64,000 bases of DNA, from assembly GCF_000143415.4 (NCBI RefSeq), contig NW_003314266.1:3098607-3162606 (forward strand), read 5' to 3'. Each line of letters opens with the position of its first letter. Position 1 is the first letter of the stretch. The position numbers and the translations under genes are program-made. The notes below the pieces were generated by a model. The model had not been told where the DNA came from, did not search any database, and was given only the letters and a program-made list of their open reading frames with translations. The DNA is from Selaginella moellendorffii (taxonomy: Eukaryota > Plantae > Lycopodiophyta). This document shows, one piece after another, positions 13,573 to 25,670 of the stretch.

Positions 13573-14073
13573 TCGAATTAATAATTCTATTAATTAGCTA
13601 AACTTTATTACTTAATAAACTCTATTATCCAATTATGATATCCGACGTACATCCATCTAACGTTCCAGCCGTCCATCGAACGGCCCTCCTTCCTTACGGA
13701 CAATAGCTGTATCCAAGCCGTCCATCTAACGGCCCTCCTAGAATGGGAACCATTTTGAAAAGCAAAGTCCACGTCAGTAGCCCTTCAAATATTTTGAGCG
13801 AGTGGTGAGCGGCAATTCACAAGAACGCGTCGCTCTCCTCTCCATTCCATTGCGCTAGGGTTTCTTGCGATGCAATGGCGGACGACAATTTGCCAAGGTG
13901 AGCTTTCTTGTCTAGCGCTGCTCACAGGCATCGGCAGCCATGTGGCGATGGATCGATGCGTGTTTTTCTTGATCGAAAAATATTTTGGTGATTCCAGGCG
14001 ACAACGGAGGGGATCTCAGGCTGGAGCTGTGAGCTTCAGGATGAGCATCACCGCAAGTAATTCTCTTTCCTTT

Positions 14074-14303
14074 CTAGCCTGGACAGTAGAGCGGGATGTA
14101 GCGAGTATGAAACATCCCATCCAGATAGAGTCTTCCAAACCTCCTGTTTAAGCATTTCTTATGTTTGAAAAGCCGATGATGCGACATCCCCTTCGGTTTA
14201 AGTAGACCAGCTTGGTGAGTTTGAGCAAAGCATCCACAGGGAAAGACTTGAGTTTCCAACAGCCTTCCAAGTTCAAATATGATAAATTTGTCAAGTTGCC
14301 CAT
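14074..14303 (-). pseudogene. Leucine-rich-repeat gene fragment
   Basis: MGNLTNLSYLNLEGCWKLKSFP..L.KLTKLVYLN..GC, an R-gene-type LRR; frameshifted, no complete gene. Confidence 0.7.
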
Positions 14304-14343
14304 GTGGCGATGGATCGAAATAGGTTCAAGTGTCGTGGACTGG

Positions 14344-14861
14344 GCGATTTGTGAGGCCTCAGCGAGCTGCTCCACGCTCAATTGAAAGTGGAGGCCGACC
14401 GATTAGAGAGTGTTGCCCTGTAGAGCTCGGTACGCACACAGCTTCTATGTGTTCAATTGAATGTGGTCAGGACCAACAATCGAATGCGGTTGGTTGACTG
14501 ATTGTTGGTCCCAACCGGGTTCGGCTGGAATCCCGACCGCTGCTGAATGCAGTCAGCCGAATGTGGTCGGACAGCTCCATTTAGTGATTCTGTTTGGCAA
14601 TTATAATGGCGATCGCACTCGCAGGGGCTAGATTTCCGATGCTGCTACGGCTATTGCCATTGCCACTGCATCTCCACCACTTTGCTGGTTCTCCTGCTAC
14701 TATGGAGCAATCCATCCATCCACAAATGCCCAGCCCAGCAACATTGAATCCAACCAAGAGGGCTATAGGAGCTGCTGAGCTCTATAGAGTGACACTCTCT
14801 AGTCGGTCAGCCTCCGCTTCCGATTAAGTGTGGAGCAGCTCGCTGAGGCCTTGCAAATTGC
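14344..14861. repeat. Foldback/MITE-like element with ~87-bp imperfect inverted arms (14344-14430, 14775-14861)
   Basis: gaggcctcagcgagctgctccac...gaggccgaccgattagagagtgt is mirrored by acactctctagtcggtcagcctc...gtggagcagctcgctgaggcct. Confidence 0.7.
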
Positions 14862-15258
14862 TGCTTGAATTATAATTTTTGCCCTAAAATGGAAATTATG
14901 ATTTCACAAATTTGATTCTAGCAATTTTAGCAATTCTGGCACAATTAAACAATGGCGCCTGATTAGGCATGGTCCCATATTGCCAAACTCACTCTTATGC
15001 TTCCGGCAAAGGAGCTATACATTGGAAATGTAATTATTATGGAAAAATGTATGATGAGTAGTAATTATTTTCTATTCAATAAGACAATTCTAGCCAACAT
15101 GTTTAGAATCCCTTTTTATAGACATACTTCTATAGTAGGTCCCCCTATGTAAAAGCTCTTTGCTGGTTTTGGGCTATGCTCAATTTTTAGTGTTTCGTTG
15201 GTAAATAAAAGACCCTATTAAAAAATCAGGTAACAGTTGAGGAGGTAGAGAGTACCGC

Positions 15259-15618
15259 ATCTAGCACAGATTCTGACTTAAAGGCGTTCAGTCATAATCC
15301 CACACATGGTAGCTTCATGCTATTGACTTTTCTACCAAGTGCAATTACCAATTATGCAAATCAATGGTTCCTCTCGTACTAAGTTGAATTACTATTGCGG
15401 CACAGTTCATCAATAGGTTAAAACTAACTTGTCTCATGATGATCTAAATCCAGCTCACGTTCCCTATTGGTGGGTGAACAATCCAACACTTGGTAAATTC
15501 TGCTTCACAATGATAAGAAGAATTGACATCGAAGGATCAAAAAGCAACATTGCTATAAATGCTTGGCTGCCATAAGCCAGTTATCCTTGTGGAAACTTTT
15601 TTGACACCTCTAGCTTCA
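15259..15618 (-). pseudogene. Degenerate 25S (LSU) rRNA gene fragment
   Basis: Reverse complement of conserved LSU sequence (gattctgactta.aggcgttcagtcataatcc; ccagctcacgttccctattggtgggtgaacaatcc; gacatcgaaggatcaaaaagcaac) with many transitions. Confidence 0.93.
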
Positions 15619-15712
15619 GGAAGAGGCACAATAAGTTGTAAACTCTTTAGTTTGGACTTCTCGAGTGGAGGCATCACCTCTAGCTTCAATTATCCTTTAG
15701 TGTTTCCAACTT

Positions 15713-15866
15713 TGAAACTAGAGGTGTCAAAAAAGTTACCATAGGGATAACTAGTTTGTGGCAGCCAAGTGTTCATAGCGACATTGCTTTTTGATCCTTC
15801 GATGTTGGCTCTTCTTATCATAAGTCTTCTTTTCCCACTGATTCTTCTAAGCTCGTCCCCTTGGTT
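15713..15866. pseudogene. Inverted copy of a 25S rRNA segment (15713-15821, +) and another short LSU fragment (~15824-15866, -)
   Basis: gaggtgtca.aaaagttacca.agggataact...ttgatccttcgatgt.ggctcttc.tatcat; then gtcttctttt.cc.ctgattc...aagc.cgt.cccttgg. Confidence 0.8.
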
Positions 15867-16225
15867 GAGTTGGTTTGGTTTGGCCTAATGCTTTGGTTTG
15901 GTTTGGTTTGATCTAATGCTTTGGTTTTCCTACTTTTATTAATGTGGTTTTACTAAGAATGTTTGTTCTTTTATCAAAAAAAATTTGTGAACCGTTCGGC
16001 CATTTAACACTTTCATGGCCAGTCAATAATCATGGTCAGCCAGTTGGCCGGTCGTCATTTGGAACAATTGGGACCAACCTTGGTAGCAATTGTGTTTTTT
16101 TTTTGTGTGTGTGATTGATTGAATTGTCGTATTTCCAGACAGGGAAGGAAGAGATCATGGAGACGAGCTTCGAAACAAAGAGCCTCACATCCACTACTTG
16201 AGATCACAGTGATCTTTGTGGTGAG

Positions 16226-19200
16226 TGTCAAGACCCCCAACAAGATCATGACTGGAAAATGCAGAAGACAAAAAGAAAAACTAATGGAAATGAGGAAGAG
16301 GCATTAAACTGGTGTTGATTCAGAATGTGGAGAAATGGAACAAGGCTAACCTATATATACTATAGGTTGATGAAGCTCCATCACTCTTGGATCGAGGATG
16401 GCCTAAATATAGCTGAGGTCGAGGAGGTGCCATGTCATCATCAAGAATGTGGTTCGAGACTCAAGAATTGTACGGGAAATCAGAGAGTTAGGAATAGGGA
16501 AGTGTCTTGAGAGTCAGGAATGTGGTCTGCGGGTCAGGAATCCAATGAGAGTCAGGAATGTGGCAAGAATTGGGGGATTCCTGACAGCACCCCCTCCTCA
16601 AGAACGAGTGAAACGAGGATGTGAATGAGGACGAAGAGGAGGATGAGAGGGGCGGCGAGGGGTGGGAGATGGAGAATGAAAAAAATGAGGACTGGGTTGA
16701 GAAGGATAGTGGTGGTGGAAGTCTTGAACAAGGTCAGGAGAATGAATCAAGTTGTCCATAGGTTCCCAAGTGCGTTCCTCAGGTCCGTAACCCTTCCAGT
16801 CTACCAGATAGTAGAATTTAGACCATGAGATCTGTCCTGAACCTCATACTCAAACCCATCCTTGAGCTACACTAGTGGAGGTGGAGGAATGACCCGATTT
16901 GGAATAGGATTGGGAATATAAGGCTCAAGGAGAGAGGAATGAAAAATAGGGTGAATTTGATATGAAGAGGGAAGTGCAAGGTGATAAGTGATAGGATTAA
17001 TGATGACAGTGATAGGAAAAGGACTGAGGCGTTTGAAATCAAGTTTGGGACATGGCCTGGTGGTGGAGATATTTCGCCTGAGGAGCCAAACTTTATCCCC
17101 GATACTACAAGGGGGACAATCCTGATAATGGACATTAGCAAATGTTTTGTGAGATTCCTGAGCACAATGGAAGTGGAAGGAGATGGAGTTGTGGATTTCC
17201 TGGAGGTTGGAGACAAATGCCTCAGAGTGGGGATTTGAACGAGAGGATTCGGATGGAGAAGGAAGTGAGAGATTGAATCGGGGATTTCGGCTAGAGTTTG
17301 CAAAGAAGGGGGAAACTCGAAGAGAGGAGTGAACAGAGTTATTATAGGAGAACTCAGTAAGGGGAAGGATATCGAACCAGTCATCCTGATGATAGTTGAT
17401 GAAGCACCTTAGGAATTGTTCCAATGTCTGAATCATTCGCTCGGATTGTCCATCAGTTTGAGGATGATACACCGAAGAGAGGTTGGCCTTCACTCCAAGC
17501 AGTTGCAAGAACCGTTGCCAGAAATGAGAGATGAACTAAGGTCCTCAATCCGAAACCACATCTGCAGAAATCCCATGAAGTTGGAAAATCTCCCTGAATA
17601 CCAGTTTTGCCATGTCCTCGCCCGAAAACTCCTTGGTACATGGCAGGAAGTGCGTAATCTTTGTAAAGTGATCCACCACAACTAAAATGTTGTTGAAGCC
17701 TCCAGGACTTGGAAGATCACTCAAGAAATCCATGGAGATGGATTCCCGAGGACCTGAAGGGACCGAGAGGGAACAAAGCAAACATAAAGGAAGGTGGTGA
17801 GGTACCTTATTCCGAGCGCAAGTGTCACAAGAGGTAACAAAAACTTTGATGTAGTCGTCCATGTGAGGCCACCAAAAGTCCTGTGCAACCAACTCATAGG
17901 TTTTCGCAATGCTAAAGTGACCAGCAGCCAAACTATCGTGGCACATCATCAGGACCAACCTTTGAGCATCACCTTCAGGAACATAAAGCTGCTCCCCACA
18001 GTACAACAACCCATCTAAGAACTTGAACTCGTCAAATCGCCGGTAGTCAGGAGTCACTGGGTGTCCAGCTTGAAGATGGGGGAAAATGTCGCTGGTGAGG
18101 TTGTCAAATTGAAGATTGTTTCTTATTGCATCCATCAAGGAGGAGTTTTGAAGGGCTAGGGAAATTGCCATAACTTGAAGCCGATCAAGACCGAGGATAA
18201 CCTGATCCTGTTGATCAAAGGCAGGATTACCAGGCCTGAGATTGAGATAGGAGCGCCTTGAAAGAGCATCAGGAAGGCCTTAAAGCTTTCCAGGTCTGTA
18301 CTTGATAACAAAGTCAAACCGACTCAGGAATTGTGCCCACCTTGCCTGACAATGGCTCAAAACTCGGGAAGTGGCAAAATACTCGAGATTTTTGTGATCT
18401 GTCCAGACCGTTGTTTGATGGCTCACCCCCTCCAAGAAATGATGCCACTCTCCAAAGGAATCCACGATGGCAAGGAGCTCCTTATCGTGGATTTCATAAT
18501 TGTTCTTTGCAAGCTGGAATTTCCAAGAATGGAAAGTGACCAGATGAAATTCCTGATCCGCTCCGAGTTAAGACAGCACAGCACCAATGGCAAAGTCGGA
18601 GGCATCGGCCTTGATGAAGAAAGGTTGTGAGGGATTAGCATGGATCAAGACAAGAGCAGAACTGAAGGCCGCCTTGAGTGTGTCGAAGGCCTATTGGGCA
18701 GCAACGAACCAAGAGAAGGGAACATTCTTGCGAGTGAGATGTGTGAGAGGAAAGACAATGTCAGAGTAGTGATTAATGAATTTGCGATAGAAGTTGGCGA
18801 AGCCAAGGAAAACCTAAATGTCCGACATTGATTGTAGAGGCTCCCATTCAAGAATAGTCTTGACTTTAATATGATCTATCGTGATACCCTCATGAGTGAC
18901 AATGTACCCAAAGAACTCCACAGACTCCTAATCGAAGGAACATTTCTCAAGCTTCACGTATAGGCCATGTTCCTGCAGCTTCACCAGCACCTTGCGTAAA
19001 TACTCATCGTGCTCCTCTTGAGTTTTTGAGTAGATGAGGATGTCGTCGAGGTAAACAATCACCATCTGATCAAGAAACTCCCAAAAGATGTCATTTGCCA
19101 TGTGTTGGAAAACTGTTGGAGCATTTGTCAAGCCAAATGGAATGATAGTGTACTCGAAGTTGCCATAGCGGGTTCAAAACGCAATCTTCCATTCATCGCC

Positions 19201-21750
19201 AGGCCGGATCTGGATTATGTTGTATGCTCCACGGAGGTTGATCTTGGTGAAGAAGCGGGCACCGCTGAGGCGTTCCAACAAGTCCGAGATCAGGGGCAGT
19301 GGATAACGGTTCCGAATAGTCACCTTGTTCAAACCTCGGTAGTCGATGACTAGCCACAAACTCCCATCCTTCTTCTTGATAAAGAAGACAAGCGCTCCAG
19401 CAGGGGACTGCGAATGCTGAATGTACCCCGAGGCAAGGTTCTCGTCCACATACTCTTTGAGGGCCTTAAGCTCGGATGGGGATAACCTGTAGATAGGCCC
19501 CCACGGAGGTGACGCTCCTTCCTGTAAATCAATGGGACAGTCGTAAGGCCGATGAATAAGCAGTACACTAGCATTTTTCTTGTCAAAAACATCCCCAAAA
19601 TCATGATACTTCTCAGGAAGATTGACAAGAGAAACATGCAAAGCAAAAAGGAAGATAAGTTCTTCATGAAGGAGTTCTTTCATAGTGATTGTGGAGATAG
19701 GAGGAGGCGTACGACTGAATGGAATGATGAGATGAGGATAATGTCTAGTGTAAGATGGAAGAGAGGGAAAAGAAGAGGGTGAAAACTTTGTAGAGTCAGG
19801 AACAGAACCTTGATTTGAGTTTAGGGAACTTTTCCTAATTTGGACTTGGTGAACAACAGGGGAAATCGTGGGAGATGGTGATGTGGGAGGGATGAGCTGT
19901 AATTCCTTCTAACAAATCTGAGGCTAGTGTAATTGGAACTAAGGAATGCCGAGCACTACAGAGGAGGACTTGTTGTTGATGATGTTGAAGGTGATATCAG
20001 TGACGGTGGACCCGATGTGTACTCGAACGGGCAATATTTCTCTAAGTCTAGAAGATGGAGACAAAAAATGCCCGCCGATGCCTTCAACCCTCAGATCCCG
20101 TATGATAGGAGAAAGAGGAACATGATGTCGGGCAGCAAAGTCCGTGTCCATGAAGCAGGAAGTTGCACCTGAGTCTAGTAGCACTAGAGCATTGAGTCTT
20201 AATTGTCCGGTGAAAGAAAGGAGACATGGGATGTGAAAGTTGTGGGAATTGGTGGTAGCTTTGATGAAAGGTGGTGAGGAGCTTGATAAAGAAGAAAAGT
20301 GATTTTTATTCGGGGAGTCCAAACAGACAGCTCCTACTCTGTTTGGACAGGGTTGTTTCCCAACTGCAATAGAGGTGGACCTTAAGGCAGAGTGAACTTG
20401 AGTAGTCAGGGAAGCTTCTTGGGACACACAGCTGCTTTGTGATTAGGATCAACACAGTAAAGGCAAAGATTATGAGATATTCAATATTTCTTCTTAGCAG
20501 GACTCAATTTCCCTCTGATGAGTCGGGGAGTACAAAAAATATCCATCGGGACCGGAGCAGTGGTTCAGGAGTATGCCCCAAAGACTCAAGCTAGGATTCC
20601 TAAGTTTGGGACGGGAAAACGGTGGCGCGGTGATTTTTCTGACGACATTCAAAGAGACAATTGTCGCATCAAACAATTTTTTTGATAGCGTCTAACAGGT
20701 CTATGAGATCCTCCATGGTGAGCAACAAATCCTTGACACTGTTGTTGAGGCCAAAACAAAATTGATCAATCAGGGCCCGTTCATCCCACTGAGTGTCCAA
20801 AGCAAGGAGTTGGAACTCTGCAGCATAGATCGAGGCAGGACAAGACCCCTGACAGAGATGTCTCATCTTTGTGGTGGCAGCCCAAACTTGCTCCGTCTCG
20901 CCAAAACATGTTTCGAGCTTCTCTTTAAACAACTAAAGATCCATCAGCTTCGGAACCACAACCCCTTTCATACTCTTCTTTAGGAGAGGAGAAAACCATG
21001 ACAAAGCTGCACCTTCGAGCAACGTCCCGATCATGCCGATTTGAGACTCGGGAGTGGGGTACTGCTGATGTTGAAGTGCAAAAATCAGCTCCATCTGGTT
21101 CAGAAATCCGCGAAGCTCCGAACGCTTGCCTGAATACTTTGCCTAGAAACTCACCTTCGGTTCAAGAACTCTGCTTGATCCTTGAGCCGAAAGTGAAGCA
21201 AGCTCCTATTGCATATGAAGAAGGGTTGCCTTCAGCTCAGTATTCTCAAACTAGATTTTTGCAAGGACTTCGGCAAAGAAATCAGGATGGCTTGGAGATT
21301 CCATCGGCAAAGAAGAAAGAAAAAGGCAAAGGCAGTTAAACAATCAAAATGAGCTAAAGAAAAAGCAAAAATCACAATCTGAATTAAATTGTCAAGACCC
21401 CCAACAAGATCATGACTGAAAAATGCAAAAGTCAAAGAGAAAAGCTAGTGGAAACGAGGAAAAAGTCTTAGACTAGTGTTGATTCAGATTGTGGAGAAAT
21501 GGAACAAAACTAACTTATATATACTATAGGTTGATGAAGCTCCACCACTCTTGGATTGAGGATGGCCTAAATATAGCTGAGGTCGAGGAGGTGCCATGTC
21601 ATCATTAGGAATGTGGTTCAAGACTTAGGAATTGTACAGGAAATTAGAGAGTTAGGAACAGGGAAGTATCTCGAAAGTCAAGAATGTGGTTTGCAGGTCA
21701 GGAATTCAGCGAGAGTCAAGAATGTGGCAAGAATTAGGGGATTCCTAACA
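16226..21750 (-). mobile_element. Full-length, degenerate Ty3/gypsy chromovirus (Tcn1/Tf1-like)
   Basis: 361-bp TG..CA LTRs 16226-16586 and 21390-21750; TSD gtgag/atgag; PPT at 16587-16602; fragmented gag, protease LLDSGA, RT YLDD, RNase H, integrase and chromodomain ([19 protein letters not shown], ~16700-16820). Confidence 0.96.
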
Positions 21751-22097
21751 ATGAGCATGCATGCGCCAAGTTTTTGAGCGTTGCCACAACATGGTACTCT
21801 AAGCTCAAGTTGATGATTGCTTAGCTCTACCTCACTGGAATGCATTTGTCATGGGCTATCAAGCTCTCAAGCTCCCAAAGATCTACAATTGCATATAGTG
21901 TGGTTTTTTCCAGCTCTTCAGAGACGCGTCTCATCTTTATGCCGTGCTCTCAGCAGCTGCCGTGGCGCCAAAGAGGGGCCTTTGATCACACATGTTCATC
22001 TGAATTACAGAAGGTAGAAATTATTTCAAGCGATAGACGCTGTTGATTGCTTGTTGACCAGCAACCCGTTGACTTACTGAGACAGTTGACTTGACTT

Positions 22098-22856
22098 ATG
22101 GAAAACCATACCCCAACTTTAGGGCCAATCTGGATGTGGGAAATCTTCTGCCATTTCGATCTCCAAACTCTTCTTCGTGCCAGGCTTGTATGCAAGGAAT
22201 GGGTCTCCCACAACTTCTCCAGGTTTTATGGCGATCAGCCAGCAGTCATGGCGTTGTTTACAGGAGGTATGGTTCCCGTTCTCCAAATCACAGCCTAGCT
22301 TGAAATTACGTTGGGTACGATGAAATATATCGCTCGTTACCTGCTGCCTGGGTATCAAATGGATTGATAGCCGGATGGTTGTCAAAAAGCATGGAACCCT
22401 TTGACCAACCGACAAAGAGACTCAGGAAGAAGAGATCCAGGCACACATAATTACAAGCTGTGGGTTTACCAGTATATGGGTGACAATGCCCGTCTTTATG
22501 AATCTCAGATGGGAGAGTGGTCAAAGATCACGAAAAGATATCCTGGCTGGCACGTTAAGTATATGGTTCATTGTGATTTAAGCAATTTGAGTATCTGGGA
22601 TGTCAAGTGCAACCCGAGGAGACAGGTTGCAAATCTCCCTTTGCACAATGAATGGATGACATGTTTTAACAAGGAGAGAAGTTATCCCTTCCTTTGTGAT
22701 AGCAACTTTGTGGGGAATATGGTAATTTGCAGCTTTATGTTTGGATTTTACGCAGCATATGAGTTGGTTCATGGCAGTTGGGACACTTTCCTAACAGTGG
22801 AACTAGAGTCTGCTGATGGACAAGAAGTTTTTGTCCCGAGCCTAGACAAGCCTTGA
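22098..22856 (+). pseudogene. F-box protein pseudogene
   Basis: WEIFCHFDLQTLLRARLVCKEW F-box motif; downstream part broken by a stop/frameshift. Confidence 0.7.
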
Positions 22857-23044
22857 AGTATTTACATTTATTTATATTTCATTAAATTTGTGTTTTTATT
22901 TTAAATAATTGGATAGTCGATGCTTCCGCCAGAGAGACACTTTTTTTATTGCCTCTTCTTTGAATTCAGCCGACAACTCCTTGCAAAAGGAGGGATCCGA
23001 GAGACAAAACATCCCACGGTTCCTTTCAAACCAAACCTGTAGCG

Positions 23045-23330
23045 CCAAATAGTAACTCCTGGAAAACTGGATCCACACTCTTGTTCCACGTCCCCTCATA
23101 CAAACGCAGCAGCTTCTCCGCCAGTGTCACTCCCGTTCCCACAATCTCGGCTATGTTGTTGAGAAATCCAGCTTCCTGATACTCGTCTTAACAGCCCATC
23201 CCTGGCCCGTCCTGCGCTACGTGCTTGAGGTGCCGTCCCGGAATCCCTTCAGTCCACCATCTTCAACACCGATTCCAGAGCTTCTTCGTCGTATAAAATC
23301 TCTACTGCAAGTGAGGCAGCAGCATTGTCG
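23045..23330 (-). pseudogene. GSH1: Glutamate-cysteine ligase (GSH1) C-terminal fragment
   Basis: ILYDEEALESVL, LKHVAQD, YQEAGFLNNIAEIVGTGVTLAEKLLRLYEGTWNKSVDPVFQELLF match the plant GCL C-terminus; internal deletions and frameshifts. Confidence 0.85.
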
Positions 23331-24463
23331 TTGCTAGTCAACGATATCTCCCCCTCTATTTTCCTACAGCCGTGAGCTCCAGGAGGAGTGGATTGATTCT
23401 TGCGGCTTTGTTTCCAACCTTTTCTGAAACAAAATCCCACAGATTTTTGTTATTTACAGAGAAAGCGTGAGCATGCTAGACAAAGATAATACCCGTTTTG
23501 ATGAGCTAAGGAATCACCATTGGTTTGTGGGAGCTCGGAGTCTTGCTGATGGCTTTTTGTCCACTGCTGAACTCCACAACTTTTGCAATTGGAGCCGACG
23601 ACACTAGCAGTTGAGAAATTTCTCAAAGGCTCTGAAGAACTTTCCAATTCTTAGTGCCTGATTGTAACAAAATCGGATGGAAAGCACTAGGCAGTTAAGA
23701 GATGCATTTTTTTTTTCCAGATACTGCTGCAAAGCTGACGAAGCAGTGGGTCGAACAAGTGCTGAGCTCGTGTGCCCGTATTCCTGGCTCTTTCCTGGAG
23801 AGCTTGGCGGCTATTTGAAAAGCTCGCGCTTCGTCAGTGGAGCATCAGATCCAACTCTTTCCACACTAATTGGTTTGAACAACGAAAACACAAAACGCAG
23901 ACATATACAAGTCGAAAGGAACTTAGTTACACTTCTGTACTTGTTTGAATCTTTTCATTGTTTGAACCTGAACATATGTTTGCCATGAGAGCATAAGTTG
24001 TACCACCTTGATGATGATCAACCTTTTTGATAGAGCATCAAAGCCATCCATATCCTGGTTCTCCAACCGATTGGCACGTTCCAGTAAATCAACAATGGAG
24101 ATTACGTGCTCCACACTTGGAAGTATTCCATCCCCTCATCGGCCAAACCAGCGTAGCAGCAGGTGACGAGTCCGGCTTAACTTTTCGAACAGATCAAACA
24201 CTGAGTCCCTGTCCCCTTGATGGCTGTACCCTGCGATCAGTGCGCTGCAGGAATCGGGCTTTACTCCCTGGAGGCTCATACTTGGGAAATCTTACAAGGC
24301 GAGCTCGATGTTCCCACCCTCGTAATCGATCCTGATGTTCTATGAAACGACGTCTTTGATCAAGATCTTGTGGAAAACCCGATATCATCAGCCAAACTTC
24401 CACTCCGTATGTAGAGACTGATCTGAAGTAAACAGGTCAAGATGAAACACTTTGCGTACAAAT

Positions 24464-24646
24464 CTAAGATCCGCGTCCGCCATAGTATCCACGGAACACC
24501 TCCTCTTCCTCCTCTTGATCGCTCACATCGGGAGATTTCTTGGATGGCTGCTTCTCTTCCTCCGCCAGGGATCGCATCGCAAGAACTCCATCAAGCACGA
24601 GGAGGATAACCAAGAACAATGCGAGAACTCTGATACCGCGCTTCAT
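24464..24646 (-). CDS. Putative small secreted peptide precursor (60 aa)
   Basis: MKRGIRVLALFLVILLVLDGVLA signal peptide, acidic pro-region, C-terminal RGYYGGRGS; TATA-like (ctataaata) on the minus strand near 24738-24746. Confidence 0.55.
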   Translation of the reverse strand: MKRGIRVLALFLVILLVLDGVLAMRSLAEEEKQPSKKSPDVSDQEEEEEVFRGYYGGRGS

Positions 24647-25670
24647 TGCTAAGATCAATGAGCGATAGATTGACGATGAAAAACCCAAGAACCAGGAAGC
24701 ACGTAACTAGTGGAAGAACTCGTTTGGGGTTTGGCAGTATTTATAGTGAGCATTGGAAACACGAGAAGATCGACGTCCTACCACCACCAAACCTTTTAAT
24801 TTGCAGATCATTGAATGCGCGAAGACTTCGTGTCCAAAATACTTGCAATGCAGAGGCATGGGAAAAGACTACTCTCTCTCGGTTCGAAGTAGAGGAGAGT
24901 CAATTTTTGCTGGCAGAAAGGCTGACACTCACGTTTAAAGCTTGTTCTTCTCGCCTGTTCAAAGCTCCGAAAGCCAGCGGCTCTGCGAGATCGGTGAGGC
25001 CATTTAAAACTCAGATCTCTTACGTAGTACTGAAATTAAATGAAACCCTAGATAAAGCTCTATTTCGTTAAAGTGGGATTTATTCAGTAAAATGGGACTA
25101 GGTACAAATTTTCAAGTATTTGAAAATGACGTGAAATTATATGTTTTTTGTCCAGGGGCTAGACATATCTGGGGCATGGTGACTAGCGCGGTGACTTTGT
25201 GTCCAGACTGAGTCCATCTGGTTGTATAATAAATCTCATTGTCAAGGTGAACAAGCCGAATCTGAAGCTAAAGAAGAGCGATGGCATGCGCGCACACACT
25301 ATTTGTTTGTTCATTGAGCGTGTGGTGAGCTTTCCAAAATGAACGTCATTCCTATTAGCCAGACATATAACTTAATGGTGAGAACATTTAGATATTATTC
25401 AATGTTATCTTTTTCTAACGAATCTAATTGTGAAGGTGTAGCAAGAGGCATTGCTAGTCTGGAGAAGTCATTTAACTCATTTGACCCTTAGTGTATTTTC
25501 ATGAAACTAAATAACATTCATATTATTAAGGAATTTCTCTAGTACCTTTTTTTTACGACATAGAGGCTTGCATTTCTTTCAAAGGTGATTTAGTAAAAGG
25601 CCTGAGGGCACATGCCATTCTATTTCTCAGACCGGTATTAAGATATACTAGTGCAAAGGGCCACATGCCA

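Noticed and set aside
15259-15866. Functional rRNA gene
   Set aside because: Short, rearranged and mutated at conserved positions
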